The notes: generated from the sequence alone by a model not told the origin. A stretch of 13,110 bases of DNA from Promethearchaeota archaeon (GCA_048940445.1 JBHLON010000053.1:2744-15853), one strand, 5' to 3'. Counted from the first letter of the stretch, positions 1 to 8,384 are shown. Numbers and translations: made by a program.

Positions 1-309
1 AACGGGGTTGCTGTTCTTGCTTCATTTGTATCACCATACAATAAAATAAGAGCATATTCACGGCAGGAGATTGGTGATTATATACTAGTATACGTTAAAT
101 GTCCAGTTGAAATATGCGAACAAAGAGATATAAAAGGGATGTATGCAAAAGCAAGAGCAGGCCAGATTAAAGATTTTACTGGAATAGATCATCCGTTTGA
201 AGAACCGGATCAGGCAGATATAGTTATTGAAACAGATAAATATACGGTTGAACAGAGTAAAGAAATAGTAATTAAAGCATTAGATAAATTGGGCTATTTA
301 CCGAATTAA
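1..309 (+). CDS. cysC: Adenylylsulfate (APS) kinase, 3' partial (5' end lies outside the window)
   Basis: Manual frame-1 translation: NGVAVLASFVSPYNKIRAYSRQEIGDYILVYVKCPVEICEQRDIKGMYAKARAGQIKDFTGIDHPFEEPDQADIVIETDKYTVEQSKEIVIKALDKLGYLPN*, with TAA at 307-309 and a second TAA right after. It contains the APS kinase signatures S(F)xSPY, CExRDxKGxYxKARxGxIxxFTGIDxPxExP. Not in the ORF track because there is no start codon in the window. Confidence 0.95.
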   Translation, partial: NGVAVLASFVSPYNKIRAYSRQEIGDYILVYVKCPVEICEQRDIKGMYAKARAGQIKDFTGIDHPFEEPDQADIVIETDKYTVEQSKEIVIKALDKLGYLPN

Positions 310-334
310 TAACAGAATATAACTACATAATAAA

Positions 335-346
335 TTATTTTTTTTT
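335..346 (+). terminator. Possible oligo-T (archaeal-type) terminator after cysC
   Basis: TTATTTTTTTTT lies about 25 nt after the cysC stop and just before the next promoter-like element. T runs are common in this AT-rich DNA, so support is weak. Confidence 0.3.
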
Positions 347-369
347 GAAAAGATTTATAGAAAAGATTT
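347..369 (+). promoter_or_regulatory. Putative archaeal BRE/TATA promoter for the flippase gene, overlapping a GAAAAGATTT direct repeat
   Basis: Purine-rich GAAAAGA is followed by TTTATA (354-359), about 25 nt upstream of ATG 384. GAAAAGATTT occurs at 347-356 and again at 360-369. Confidence 0.45.
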
Positions 370-383
370 CTTTTTAAAGGTTA

Positions 384-1871
384 ATGGATTCAACCAAAAT
401 TTTCTTATTAATTATTGGAAACATCGTTAATATCATTCTAAGCTTAATTTTCTTCTATTTAATAAGAATTCTATTTAATTATGCTATTGTTGGTTATTAT
501 GGTACTTTTATTTCCTTCTTTACCGCATTAGAATTCATAAATCATTTAGGTTTCTCAATCGCTTATTTGAAATATTTTTCTGAAGCAAACAACAATGAGG
601 AAGAAGCCTTGTGCAATGGTACATTCTTAACATATAGAATAATACAATTTACGATTTATTCAATAGCGATTTCATCCTTGATTCCTTTCATTTCTATTTA
701 TCCTGGGAATCTATTGGTTGTTTACGCATTTTTCTTTGGGTGGGTGTTCGTAAGAATAAGCATTTTTGATTTCATTCTATTAAGCAAAAAAGAAGCTTTT
801 AAAAGATCAATAGGAGCGATTACCCTGAATTTTTTAAAAAGCTTCTTATTAATTGTGCTAATAAATTATTTCAAGAACGATATTTGGCTTTTAATTTGGG
901 TTTTATTGATTTCTAACATCTCATATTTTTCTTTGAATACATTTTTCATAAAATCTAGAGGGTTCAAGAAGCCTAATCGTGAATATTTGACTAAGTTCCT
1001 GCATTATAGTGCCCCTTTTTTTATTAGTTCAATTTTCATATTCGTTGTAAATAACATTGATGTTCTCTTAATTGAATATTGGTCCAATATACTGTATGTT
1101 GCTAATTATTTCACTGCTAAGCAACTTTATTCTTACTTTTTGATTATTATAAGTAGCATATCAAATATTTTGTTGACAACGTTTTCAAAGAATATAAAAG
1201 AAGGTAGAGTAAAGGAGAATTTTCCAATTATTAATTATACTCATAAGATTTTGAATTTAATTGTATTACCAATAATTTTAGTAATCCTACTATATGCTAC
1301 CAATGTTTTAACATTAATTTTTGGGGTTGATTATCTTTTGACAGGTCAAATATTATCTATATTTATATTACTTTTAATTCCTCTTTCAATTGATTGTGCA
1401 AATACAATTCAATTACAAGCTTTAGGAAAAGTAAAATTTACGGCCAAATTCATAATTATTGAAAATGTAATTGCTATTATTTTAATGATTTTTTTCATAG
1501 CTCCCTTTTTATTTAATTTAGGTGTATTTGGTGGAGCTTTAGCTTTTCTCTTGGCGAAAATTATAACACAATTAATTTACCGTCCTATTATTTATAAAAA
1601 ATATAATCTAGGATTTTATTGGGGTTCATTTAGGAATCTATTTATAATGGCAGGGATCTATTTTGTTCAATTATGGATAAACATTGTTTTTACATTTCCT
1701 TTTTATTTCATGATTCTATTTGCTCTTTTAGATGTTTCTTTATACTTTATTCTTAATTATTTATTAAAGGGGTTTACCAAAGAAGATTTTAAGTTTATTC
1801 TTCATCTCGTTAATTTGAATAGGATCTATGAATCTATTACAACTGAATTCAAGGATAAAGAAGAAGAATAA
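384..1871 (+). CDS. Oligosaccharide flippase, Wzx/MOP (polysaccharide biosynthesis protein) family
   Basis: 495 aa with roughly 13-14 hydrophobic segments. Family-like motifs include 'VGYYGTFISF..LGF' near the N-terminus, 'YSAPFF...NNIDVLLI...VANYFTA', 'LIFGVDY' and 'LGVFGGALA'. It sits among glycosyltransferases. Confidence 0.88.
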   Translation: MDSTKIFLLIIGNIVNIILSLIFFYLIRILFNYAIVGYYGTFISFFTALEFINHLGFSIAYLKYFSEANNNEEEALCNGTFLTYRIIQFTIYSIAISSLIPFISIYPGNLLVVYAFFFGWVFVRISIFDFILLSKKEAFKRSIGAITLNFLKSFLLIVLINYFKNDIWLLIWVLLISNISYFSLNTFFIKSRGFKKPNREYLTKFLHYSAPFFISSIFIFVVNNIDVLLIEYWSNILYVANYFTAKQLYSYFLIIISSISNILLTTFSKNIKEGRVKENFPIINYTHKILNLIVLPIILVILLYATNVLTLIFGVDYLLTGQILSIFILLLIPLSIDCANTIQLQALGKVKFTAKFIIIENVIAIILMIFFIAPFLFNLGVFGGALAFLLAKIITQLIYRPIIYKKYNLGFYWGSFRNLFIMAGIYFVQLWINIVFTFPFYFMILFALLDVSLYFILNYLLKGFTKEDFKFILHLVNLNRIYESITTEFKDKEEE

Positions 1872-1887
1872 ATCAAAAAAGGTTAAA

Positions 1888-3120
1888 TTATTTTAAAATG
1901 ATTTTCATTATTGTGTTTAAAAATCTTTGAGCTCGATTTTCCCACGAAAACTCGCTTAACTTACTCTCTTCTACATACGAATCTATTGCACCATTCTTTA
2001 GATCACTTAATAACATTTTTAACTTGGATTTTGCTTTTTCTAAATCATTAATAGGAATAATAAATCCTAATTGATTATTCTCTATAAAGTTCGATCGAAA
2101 AGTATTCTCAGGATTTAAAAATAATATTTTCTTTCTACAGCTTAAGTATTCCCATACTTTAAATGCAGTTGTAGGATAATCTAGATTCTCACCTATATGA
2201 AGGGCAAGATCGCAATTCTTAATTTCTTCTAAAGCACTATCCCTAGGTAAAAAATCTCCTAAATAGAATAAGTCTCTAATATTTAATCTTCTAAGAATAC
2301 GTTCAAATACATTTTTAGGATAATTACCAAATATCTTAATCAATAAAGGAGTATCTTTAAAAAAATCCTCTTTATTTAAGTCTGAAATTATTTTAAAAAG
2401 AGGAGATATATCTCTCCTTCCATAAATACTTCCTGTATAAGTAATTATGATTTTTTGTTCCTTTTTTCTTAGTTCATAGGAAATATCATGCAAATTTAAG
2501 CCATCTGGTATTGAAAATATTGGTTTTTTTCTAATAAATGGAAAATTAGCTTTCAAAATTGAATTTAAGAAATCGCTCAATGAGACTATTATTTCAGCAG
2601 AATCAAGAATTTGTCGTTCAATAATATAATCAATTTGTTTTTGGAGCCATCTTATTTTACCTTCTGCATAAGGATTTAAATACCATGGATCAGTGTATTC
2701 AATAACAAGAGGTAAATGAAACTTCTTTTTTAAGAGATATCCTAATATATGAGTAAAAAAACTCGGTCCAGTGGCATAAACGAATTTAATATTTTTATTT
2801 TTTTTTATAAAAGAATTTACATCCGAAAATAAGAGGGGAAAGCCTCTTAAGAAAAACGCGACTTTAAAGATAACCTCTCTTATATAATTTAAAATTTTGC
2901 TTTTAAAATTATAAAGAAGGGGATTTCTAAAATGAATAACACATAATTTCTCATGGAAAAATTTTGGGCTTACTTTATCTTCTTTTCGTAGTTTATGCGT
3001 TAATATAATTGGCATGATATTATTTTCAGTTAATCTTTTACTAATTTCATTAATTCTAATATTTACGAGAAGTCCAAAAGGAGAGATCCATATGAATTTT
3101 AACTTATTGCTTTTTTGCAT
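1888..3120 (-). CDS. Glycosyltransferase family 4 (GT-B fold)
   Basis: Motifs ATGPSF, 'LVIEYTDPW', 'ITYTGSIY', 'FKVWEYLSCRKKIL' (variant of P.K..EY..xKPIL) and C-terminal 'FSWENRA'. The ORF track starts at TTG 3183, but ATG 3120 (MQKSNKLKFIW) is more likely because 3121-3213 looks like a divergent promoter region. Confidence 0.85.
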   Translation of the reverse strand: MQKSNKLKFIWISPFGLLVNIRINEISKRLTENNIMPIILTHKLRKEDKVSPKFFHEKLCVIHFRNPLLYNFKSKILNYIREVIFKVAFFLRGFPLLFSDVNSFIKKNKNIKFVYATGPSFFTHILGYLLKKKFHLPLVIEYTDPWYLNPYAEGKIRWLQKQIDYIIERQILDSAEIIVSLSDFLNSILKANFPFIRKKPIFSIPDGLNLHDISYELRKKEQKIIITYTGSIYGRRDISPLFKIISDLNKEDFFKDTPLLIKIFGNYPKNVFERILRRLNIRDLFYLGDFLPRDSALEEIKNCDLALHIGENLDYPTTAFKVWEYLSCRKKILFLNPENTFRSNFIENNQLGFIIPINDLEKAKSKLKMLLSDLKNGAIDSYVEESKLSEFSWENRAQRFLNTIMKIILK

Positions 3121-3148
3121 TGCACTATTCTTTAGCTTTATTGAATAA

Positions 3149-3196
3149 TATTTAAAATAATTATATAAGATAAATCTTATCAAAAAAATTTAATTA
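3149..3196. promoter_or_regulatory. Divergent promoter region with TATA-like boxes and a 7-2-7 inverted repeat
   Basis: TTTAAATA on the minus strand (3149-3156) is about 29 nt upstream of ATG 3120. TTATATAA is at 3161-3168. The perfect palindrome ATAAGAT-AA-ATCTTAT is at 3165-3180. An A-rich stretch plus TTTAATTA (3189-3196) precedes ATG 3214. Confidence 0.4.
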
Positions 3197-3213
3197 TAAT
3201 TGATAGACTTAAA

Positions 3214-4554
3214 ATGGAAAAAGTAATTTTATTGGCTTTAGATGGATTAAGTTGGAATTTGATTGAAGAATTAATTTCTAATAAAGAATTAAATTATCTT
3301 GAAGAAATTGTTCATAAAGGAGTCTCAGGGGTATTAGAAGCTGAAGATTTTTTAAGTTCTCCAAAAATTTTTTGTTCTATCTTTACTGGAAAAAAAGTGG
3401 CAAAGCATGGGATAAGAGATTTTTATTCTAAAGAAGAAGACTTACGCACTAATCAAATATGGGATATTTTACATGATCTAGGTTTTAAAGTAGGTGTTTA
3501 TCGTGCTTTAAGTGTATGGAGTCCTAAAAAATTTGCTGGATTTTGTATCCCTAGTCCAATGTTGTTGGAAAAAGATACTCACCCTAAAGAATTAGCTTTT
3601 ATAGGAGAATTAGATAAAAAAGCTAGGTCAGAAAAATTTGGAATCATATTTTTAGTTAAGACTTTTTTCAGGTTAGTCCTATTTCAATTTCCTATGAAAT
3701 ATTTATTAGGAATTATTAAAAGGGCCTTTTTGTTATTTCGCAGTAAAGGGCTAGAAGCAAGAATGCATTTATTAAAAGAAATCGAGTTGATTATTCATAC
3801 TAACTTATATTTCAACCTTTTGAAGAAATATAATTTAGATTTTTCTGTATTTTTTGATTATTCATTTGATACTCTTGGTCATATCTATTGGAGAAATAGA
3901 AATGAGAAATCAAAATATTTCTATGTTTTACCTAATGTTTACAAATATATTGACACATTTATAGGAAAAGTATACAATTATGCTAAACGAAACAATTATC
4001 ATTTAATAATTTGTTCTGATCATGGCTTTGAAAAGATAGAGAAGAAAAATCAGAGAAATTTTCGTACAATTAATGTTTTATACCTCCTCAGAGAGTTAAA
4101 GTTTTATTATGATGTATATGGCATTTATATGACTGGAAGTGTTGTTTTCAGATCAAGACCCAATTCTTCGAGAGCCTTAGAAGATTTTAAGAAAGCTCTT
4201 GAGGAAATTACTTGTAATGGAAAAACTGTGTTGGATATAAAACAATATGAGAAAAAATTAATTGTAAAAATTAAAGATTTTATAGGGGATAATAAAAATT
4301 ATAATGTGAGGTTGCCTAATGGCAAAGTCATGAGAATAGATTCAATTATTGACTTTAATCCCGGTCATACTGGAGATCATAGTAATAAATATGGAGTTTT
4401 TATAATTACAGGCCCAAAAATAAAAAAAGGGATAAAAATTAATAATATTACTCCTTATGATATAACTCCAACTATTTTAAAACTATTAGAGATGAATATA
4501 CCTCCAGAAATGGATGGTAGGCCATTAGATGAAGCATTTGTAAAAAATGAATAA
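3214..4554 (+). CDS. Alkaline phosphatase superfamily protein (type I phosphodiesterase/nucleotide pyrophosphatase-like, COG3379-type)
   Basis: Metal ligand LD10G; nucleophile region S49-PKIFCSIFTG..HGI; D219xxxH223; SD269H270GF; GDH followed by GVFIITGP; C-terminal 'DITPTIL.LL....P.EMDGRPL'. There is no signal peptide and no CxPxR sulfatase motif. Confidence 0.88.
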   Translation: MEKVILLALDGLSWNLIEELISNKELNYLEEIVHKGVSGVLEAEDFLSSPKIFCSIFTGKKVAKHGIRDFYSKEEDLRTNQIWDILHDLGFKVGVYRALSVWSPKKFAGFCIPSPMLLEKDTHPKELAFIGELDKKARSEKFGIIFLVKTFFRLVLFQFPMKYLLGIIKRAFLLFRSKGLEARMHLLKEIELIIHTNLYFNLLKKYNLDFSVFFDYSFDTLGHIYWRNRNEKSKYFYVLPNVYKYIDTFIGKVYNYAKRNNYHLIICSDHGFEKIEKKNQRNFRTINVLYLLRELKFYYDVYGIYMTGSVVFRSRPNSSRALEDFKKALEEITCNGKTVLDIKQYEKKLIVKIKDFIGDNKNYNVRLPNGKVMRIDSIIDFNPGHTGDHSNKYGVFIITGPKIKKGIKINNITPYDITPTILKLLEMNIPPEMDGRPLDEAFVKNE

Positions 4555-4555
4555 T

Positions 4556-5845
4556 CTATATAGATAATTTATAGATAGGTCTGTTCTTACCCTCTACTTT
4601 CTCGTTTAAAATTTCAAAATGGTTTAAACATGAATTTTTAATAATAAAGTTCACAAATTGTTGATTGTTATAGTTCTTATAGGCATTTTTCATAATTTCT
4701 TCATCAGGATCATGAGGTTGAAAGTACATTACTTTCATTTTTAATTGATTTAAGAAATCAATTAATTTCAAATATAATTGTTTTTCTCTAAGAAAATGAT
4801 GGAATATATTTAATGCTAAAACTATGTCAATTTCAATTTTTAAATCTAAATCGAATATTGATTTATTGATAATGTTAAAGTGTTTACTTTCTATGTCTCG
4901 TAATTTTTTCATAAAGTAAACATTACTTGGTCGAATTTCCACAGCATAACAATTAAACCCTAAATCTTCGAACTTATGGCAGAAATATCCCAAATTTGCT
5001 CCTATGTCTAATATTGTTCCTTTTTTAAAAGTTAAATTTTGTTTAATTATTTCAAACCTAGTATCAGAATATAATGATTCAATGTTTAAATCTGGATGAA
5101 TTAAAGGCTGATATATTCCTCCATGAATAAACTGAAAATTTAAAAATTCCGTACTAAAATTAATCCATTCTGAATGCCTTTTCAAAATTTCAATTTCAAT
5201 GGATGGAATCTGCAATAACTTAAGTAGGATCACATAGAAAATACCTTTAACTACAATATAGTTACCAAATCTACCAATTACGACTTTTATTTCTTTATTA
5301 AATTTCTCTATTATAGATTTATTTAAATTATGATAAAAAGTGTCGAAGGATTCTAACAATTTTTCAAATTGGAATTTATCAACAGAAACATTAGATTGAT
5401 CCGCATCAATATTTGTTTTGATGAAATAATTATATTGTTCAATATCTTGCCAATCTACATTTTTAAGAAAGTGTGTTTGTATTAATTTATATTCATTAGT
5501 TTCTTCTAATCTGACTAAGTTTTTGGGTAAATCCCAGGTTTCACTAGATTCTAAAATTTTTTTAAGGGAGATTCTTGTTGGATTAATAGTAAATTGCAAT
5601 CTTTCAATATCTATCTCATAACTATTTTTTTGGTGTTTAGATAAGTCCAAATCCTTTTGTTGGGCCAATAGTTCAAAGTACCAAAGTTTATCGTATACTA
5701 TATAAATAAAGTTTTTCAAGAGAGGGACAAACTTGAAAATTTTCCAAGCATAAAACTGATATATTTTGTTCCTCAATTTAGGAATATTAAAAACCAGTTT
5801 TATTATGAAGCTGATTATTTTACTTTTTTTAGATTGTTCTTCCAT
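4556..5845 (-). CDS. Fusion protein: N-terminal degenerate ParB/Srx-like domain plus C-terminal class I SAM-dependent methyltransferase (WbdD-like)
   Basis: SAM motif I ILDIGANLGYF (aa 278-288), acidic residue at the end of strand 2 (AVE), and DIVLALNIFHH. The upstream region has EIKVVIGRFG..KGIFY..LKLL.I..I.I.I..RH..W, resembling the ParB-like EIxVxIGRDG..DGRHR..A..L....IPV.V..RH..W pattern. The MTase call is firm; the N-terminal domain call is moderate. Confidence 0.8.
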   Translation of the reverse strand: MEEQSKKSKIISFIIKLVFNIPKLRNKIYQFYAWKIFKFVPLLKNFIYIVYDKLWYFELLAQQKDLDLSKHQKNSYEIDIERLQFTINPTRISLKKILESSETWDLPKNLVRLEETNEYKLIQTHFLKNVDWQDIEQYNYFIKTNIDADQSNVSVDKFQFEKLLESFDTFYHNLNKSIIEKFNKEIKVVIGRFGNYIVVKGIFYVILLKLLQIPSIEIEILKRHSEWINFSTEFLNFQFIHGGIYQPLIHPDLNIESLYSDTRFEIIKQNLTFKKGTILDIGANLGYFCHKFEDLGFNCYAVEIRPSNVYFMKKLRDIESKHFNIINKSIFDLDLKIEIDIVLALNIFHHFLREKQLYLKLIDFLNQLKMKVMYFQPHDPDEEIMKNAYKNYNNQQFVNFIIKNSCLNHFEILNEKVEGKNRPIYKLSI

Positions 5846-5898
5846 TGTAGTGGCAAATATGTCTCTTATTTTTTAGTAGATCAGTAAGGTAGCATAAT

Positions 5899-7077
5899 TT
5901 AGATTTCATTTAAAATTTTTTTATATAATTTAAAATGAGATTTAGCAGTATTCTCCCATGTATAATACTTTTTTACTCGCTCTAAACCATTCAGACCCAT
6001 CTGAATCAATTTTTGCTTATTATTTAACAGGTTGAGTATTTTTTCACTAAGTTGCTTTAAGTCAATAAAATCAGATTGATACCCAGTTATATCATCCAAA
6101 ATTATTTCACTTGGACCCATTATATTAGAACCGATTACAGCTTTAGCGCAAGCCATTGCTTCGCATATTACTAGACCAAAGATTTCTTGTCGTGAGGGGT
6201 AAATAACTAAATCAGCTAGGGAATAAAATTGTGCTAGTTTATTTTTAGGAATATAACCTAAATATAAAACATGTTGTGAAAGGTTAAGTTCACTGATTAA
6301 TTGTTTTACTATATTAAGATACCCAGCATCACCACCAATGATTACTAATTTAACACTTTGATTTTTTTTATTAATATAATATAACATTTTGAGTAACTTA
6401 TCTATACCTTTTCCCTTTGCTATGCGCCCAACATATAAAATTATATCAAAACCTGATAATTCAAGGCTCTTTTTTAACTCCTCAGCGTTGATAGGTTTAA
6501 AAATGTCAGTATTTACTCCATGAGGGATATAATGAATGAAGTTCTCATCAACATTACCATATTTTTCAATCAACGGAATTTCAAATTTAGTAACTGCTAT
6601 ATAATGAACATTTAGCAATTTTTTCTTTAAGTATCCGATAGTTTTATCTGAAATCATCTTAGGGATTTTATCTCCATAATCCCAATTTATACTAATTCCA
6701 CCATGGGGTGAGATAACCAATGGTTTCTTTTTAGCTAATGAAAAAATTGTACCCATATCTTCTTGATAACTTCTTAATGCATGAGAATGAACTATATCAA
6801 TACTTTTTTCATTCTTGAGCAAAAAAGGTAAAAAATTAAATGAAATTCTATATTCTCTAAATTTTAAAAAAGAATCTAATCTATAAATTTGAAGGTTTTT
6901 CGATTTTTGTTCAAAAAAATCTGTTCTTTTTTTACCAAACTTTTTGATTGCAGAGGTGGTAAAGATTTTTGCGGCGATTCCCATTTTTTCAAAATATGGA
7001 ACCATCTCCGCTATGACGTTATACGGACCTCCTAATTGTCCAGTGAAAAAAGGAGTTAACATCGCAACTTTAATCAA
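5899..7077 (-). CDS. Glycosyltransferase family 4
   Basis: N-terminal GG loop (GQLGGPY), DIVHSH, IPHGVN, 'ILYVGRIAKGKGID', canonical 'PSRQEIFGLVICEAMACAK' (E-x7-E) and YTWE. TTG start with GAGGG about 10 nt upstream. Confidence 0.93.
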   Translation of the reverse strand: MIKVAMLTPFFTGQLGGPYNVIAEMVPYFEKMGIAAKIFTTSAIKKFGKKRTDFFEQKSKNLQIYRLDSFLKFREYRISFNFLPFLLKNEKSIDIVHSHALRSYQEDMGTIFSLAKKKPLVISPHGGISINWDYGDKIPKMISDKTIGYLKKKLLNVHYIAVTKFEIPLIEKYGNVDENFIHYIPHGVNTDIFKPINAEELKKSLELSGFDIILYVGRIAKGKGIDKLLKMLYYINKKNQSVKLVIIGGDAGYLNIVKQLISELNLSQHVLYLGYIPKNKLAQFYSLADLVIYPSRQEIFGLVICEAMACAKAVIGSNIMGPSEIILDDITGYQSDFIDLKQLSEKILNLLNNKQKLIQMGLNGLERVKKYYTWENTAKSHFKLYKKILNEI

Positions 7078-7133
7078 TTTTTATTTCCCTCAAAAAATTT
7101 GAAAGCTTAATAATTTATTCATCGTATTTTGGT

Positions 7134-8351
7134 TTATCTGTGAAGCCTCTTTGACTTTATGAGATTTAATAATAATTTTTTAAATTCATTTAATATTTTG
7201 GGCCAAACATAATATCTTTTGATCAACTCAAATCCTTTTTCTCCGCTCTTTTTTAACTCTTCCTTATTATGACTTAAGGATTCAATTTTTTCTACAAGAT
7301 CTTTCTGATTTTTAGCAAAAATCACTCCATTATTCTTTCCAATCTCAAAAAGAACCCCAGGTAAACTATTAGAGAGTACAGGTTTCTTCATGGCCATATA
7401 TTCCATTATTTTCACAGGAGTTATATCTCGGGTAACATCATTTAAATCAAAACTCATAAGACATAAATCGGCTAGTTCAATATATTCAGTTATTTCAAAA
7501 AAGGGGATTTTACCAACTAATGTTACCCAATCGGCATTAATCTTTTTAATGTAGTCAATCAAATAATTATATATTCCTCCATCTCCCACAATAAGAAATC
7601 TAAATCTTAATTTCCCATTTTTCACATCTTTATTATAATAATCGATAATTTCTTGTAATCCTGCAAAATCGTATAAATATCCCATGAAAAACAAAACAAA
7701 ATCGTTATCCTTTATCATATATCTACTTCTTAGTGTTTGGAGCTTATTTTGATCAACTATTGTATTTTCTAAAGAAATTCCGTTTAAAAGAAGTGCCAGC
7801 TTCTTTTTTTTAACTCCTTGATTTAAAACATACCTTTGCAAAGATTTTGTAACAACAATATTTTTATCAGACTTCTTAAATAAAATCAGAGAAAAGAGCT
7901 GGGCGATTTTTCTGGCAAATTTAAGGGAAACTAAAGTATGTAGCATATCTATATAATAAAATATAAAAGGGGTTCTATAAATTTTTGATAAAACTAACCC
8001 TATTAATCCATTTGTTAAAGAAAACGATACAATAACATCTGGTCGATTCACTTTAAACAATTTAAGCATTTCAAAAAGATTTGTTATTAATGAAGAGATT
8101 CTTCTCAGATACGGAACTTGAATATGAGCGGTTCGAACAATTGATACATTTGAATTACTTATTGAGCGATTGATATTAGTAAATACTTCTTTTTTCATGA
8201 AAATGGAGTTAGACCGCATGATCTTATCAATATCATAATCAAATACAGTGATTTTTATCTTCGGATTTTTTGATATCCTTTCAAAAACATGGTGTTGTGT
8301 ATGTGGCCCTCGTGTAAGCCAGTCTGTTTCTTGAAGTACGAGAATATTCAT
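7134..8351 (-). CDS. Glycosyltransferase family 4
   Basis: 'RPDVIV', 'LLNGIS', 'FFMGYL', 'FLIVGDG', 'ADLCL', 'PVKIMEYMAMKKPVL' and YVW are all GT4 GT-B signatures. Confidence 0.92.
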   Translation of the reverse strand: MNILVLQETDWLTRGPHTQHHVFERISKNPKIKITVFDYDIDKIMRSNSIFMKKEVFTNINRSISNSNVSIVRTAHIQVPYLRRISSLITNLFEMLKLFKVNRPDVIVSFSLTNGLIGLVLSKIYRTPFIFYYIDMLHTLVSLKFARKIAQLFSLILFKKSDKNIVVTKSLQRYVLNQGVKKKKLALLLNGISLENTIVDQNKLQTLRSRYMIKDNDFVLFFMGYLYDFAGLQEIIDYYNKDVKNGKLRFRFLIVGDGGIYNYLIDYIKKINADWVTLVGKIPFFEITEYIELADLCLMSFDLNDVTRDITPVKIMEYMAMKKPVLSNSLPGVLFEIGKNNGVIFAKNQKDLVEKIESLSHNKEELKKSGEKGFELIKRYYVWPKILNEFKKLLLNLIKSKRLHR

Positions 8352-8384
8352 TAAATGACTCTCAATAGTAGATTTATTTTAAGA

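Noticed and set aside
3121-3183. N-terminal 21-aa extension of the GT4 from TTG 3183
   Set aside because: It overlaps TATA-like and palindromic elements and would leave only 30 bp between divergent genes. ATG 3120 sits just before the first GT-B strand.
3214-4554. Formylglycine-dependent arylsulfatase
   Set aside because: It lacks the C/SxPxR signature. The motif pattern is the NPP/COG3379 type.
4556-5845. DNA methyltransferase + ParB (partitioning or phage-defence module)
   Set aside because: There are no DPPY/NPPY or PC motifs, no HTH and no parA. The MTase is WbdD-like and the context is entirely glycan-related.
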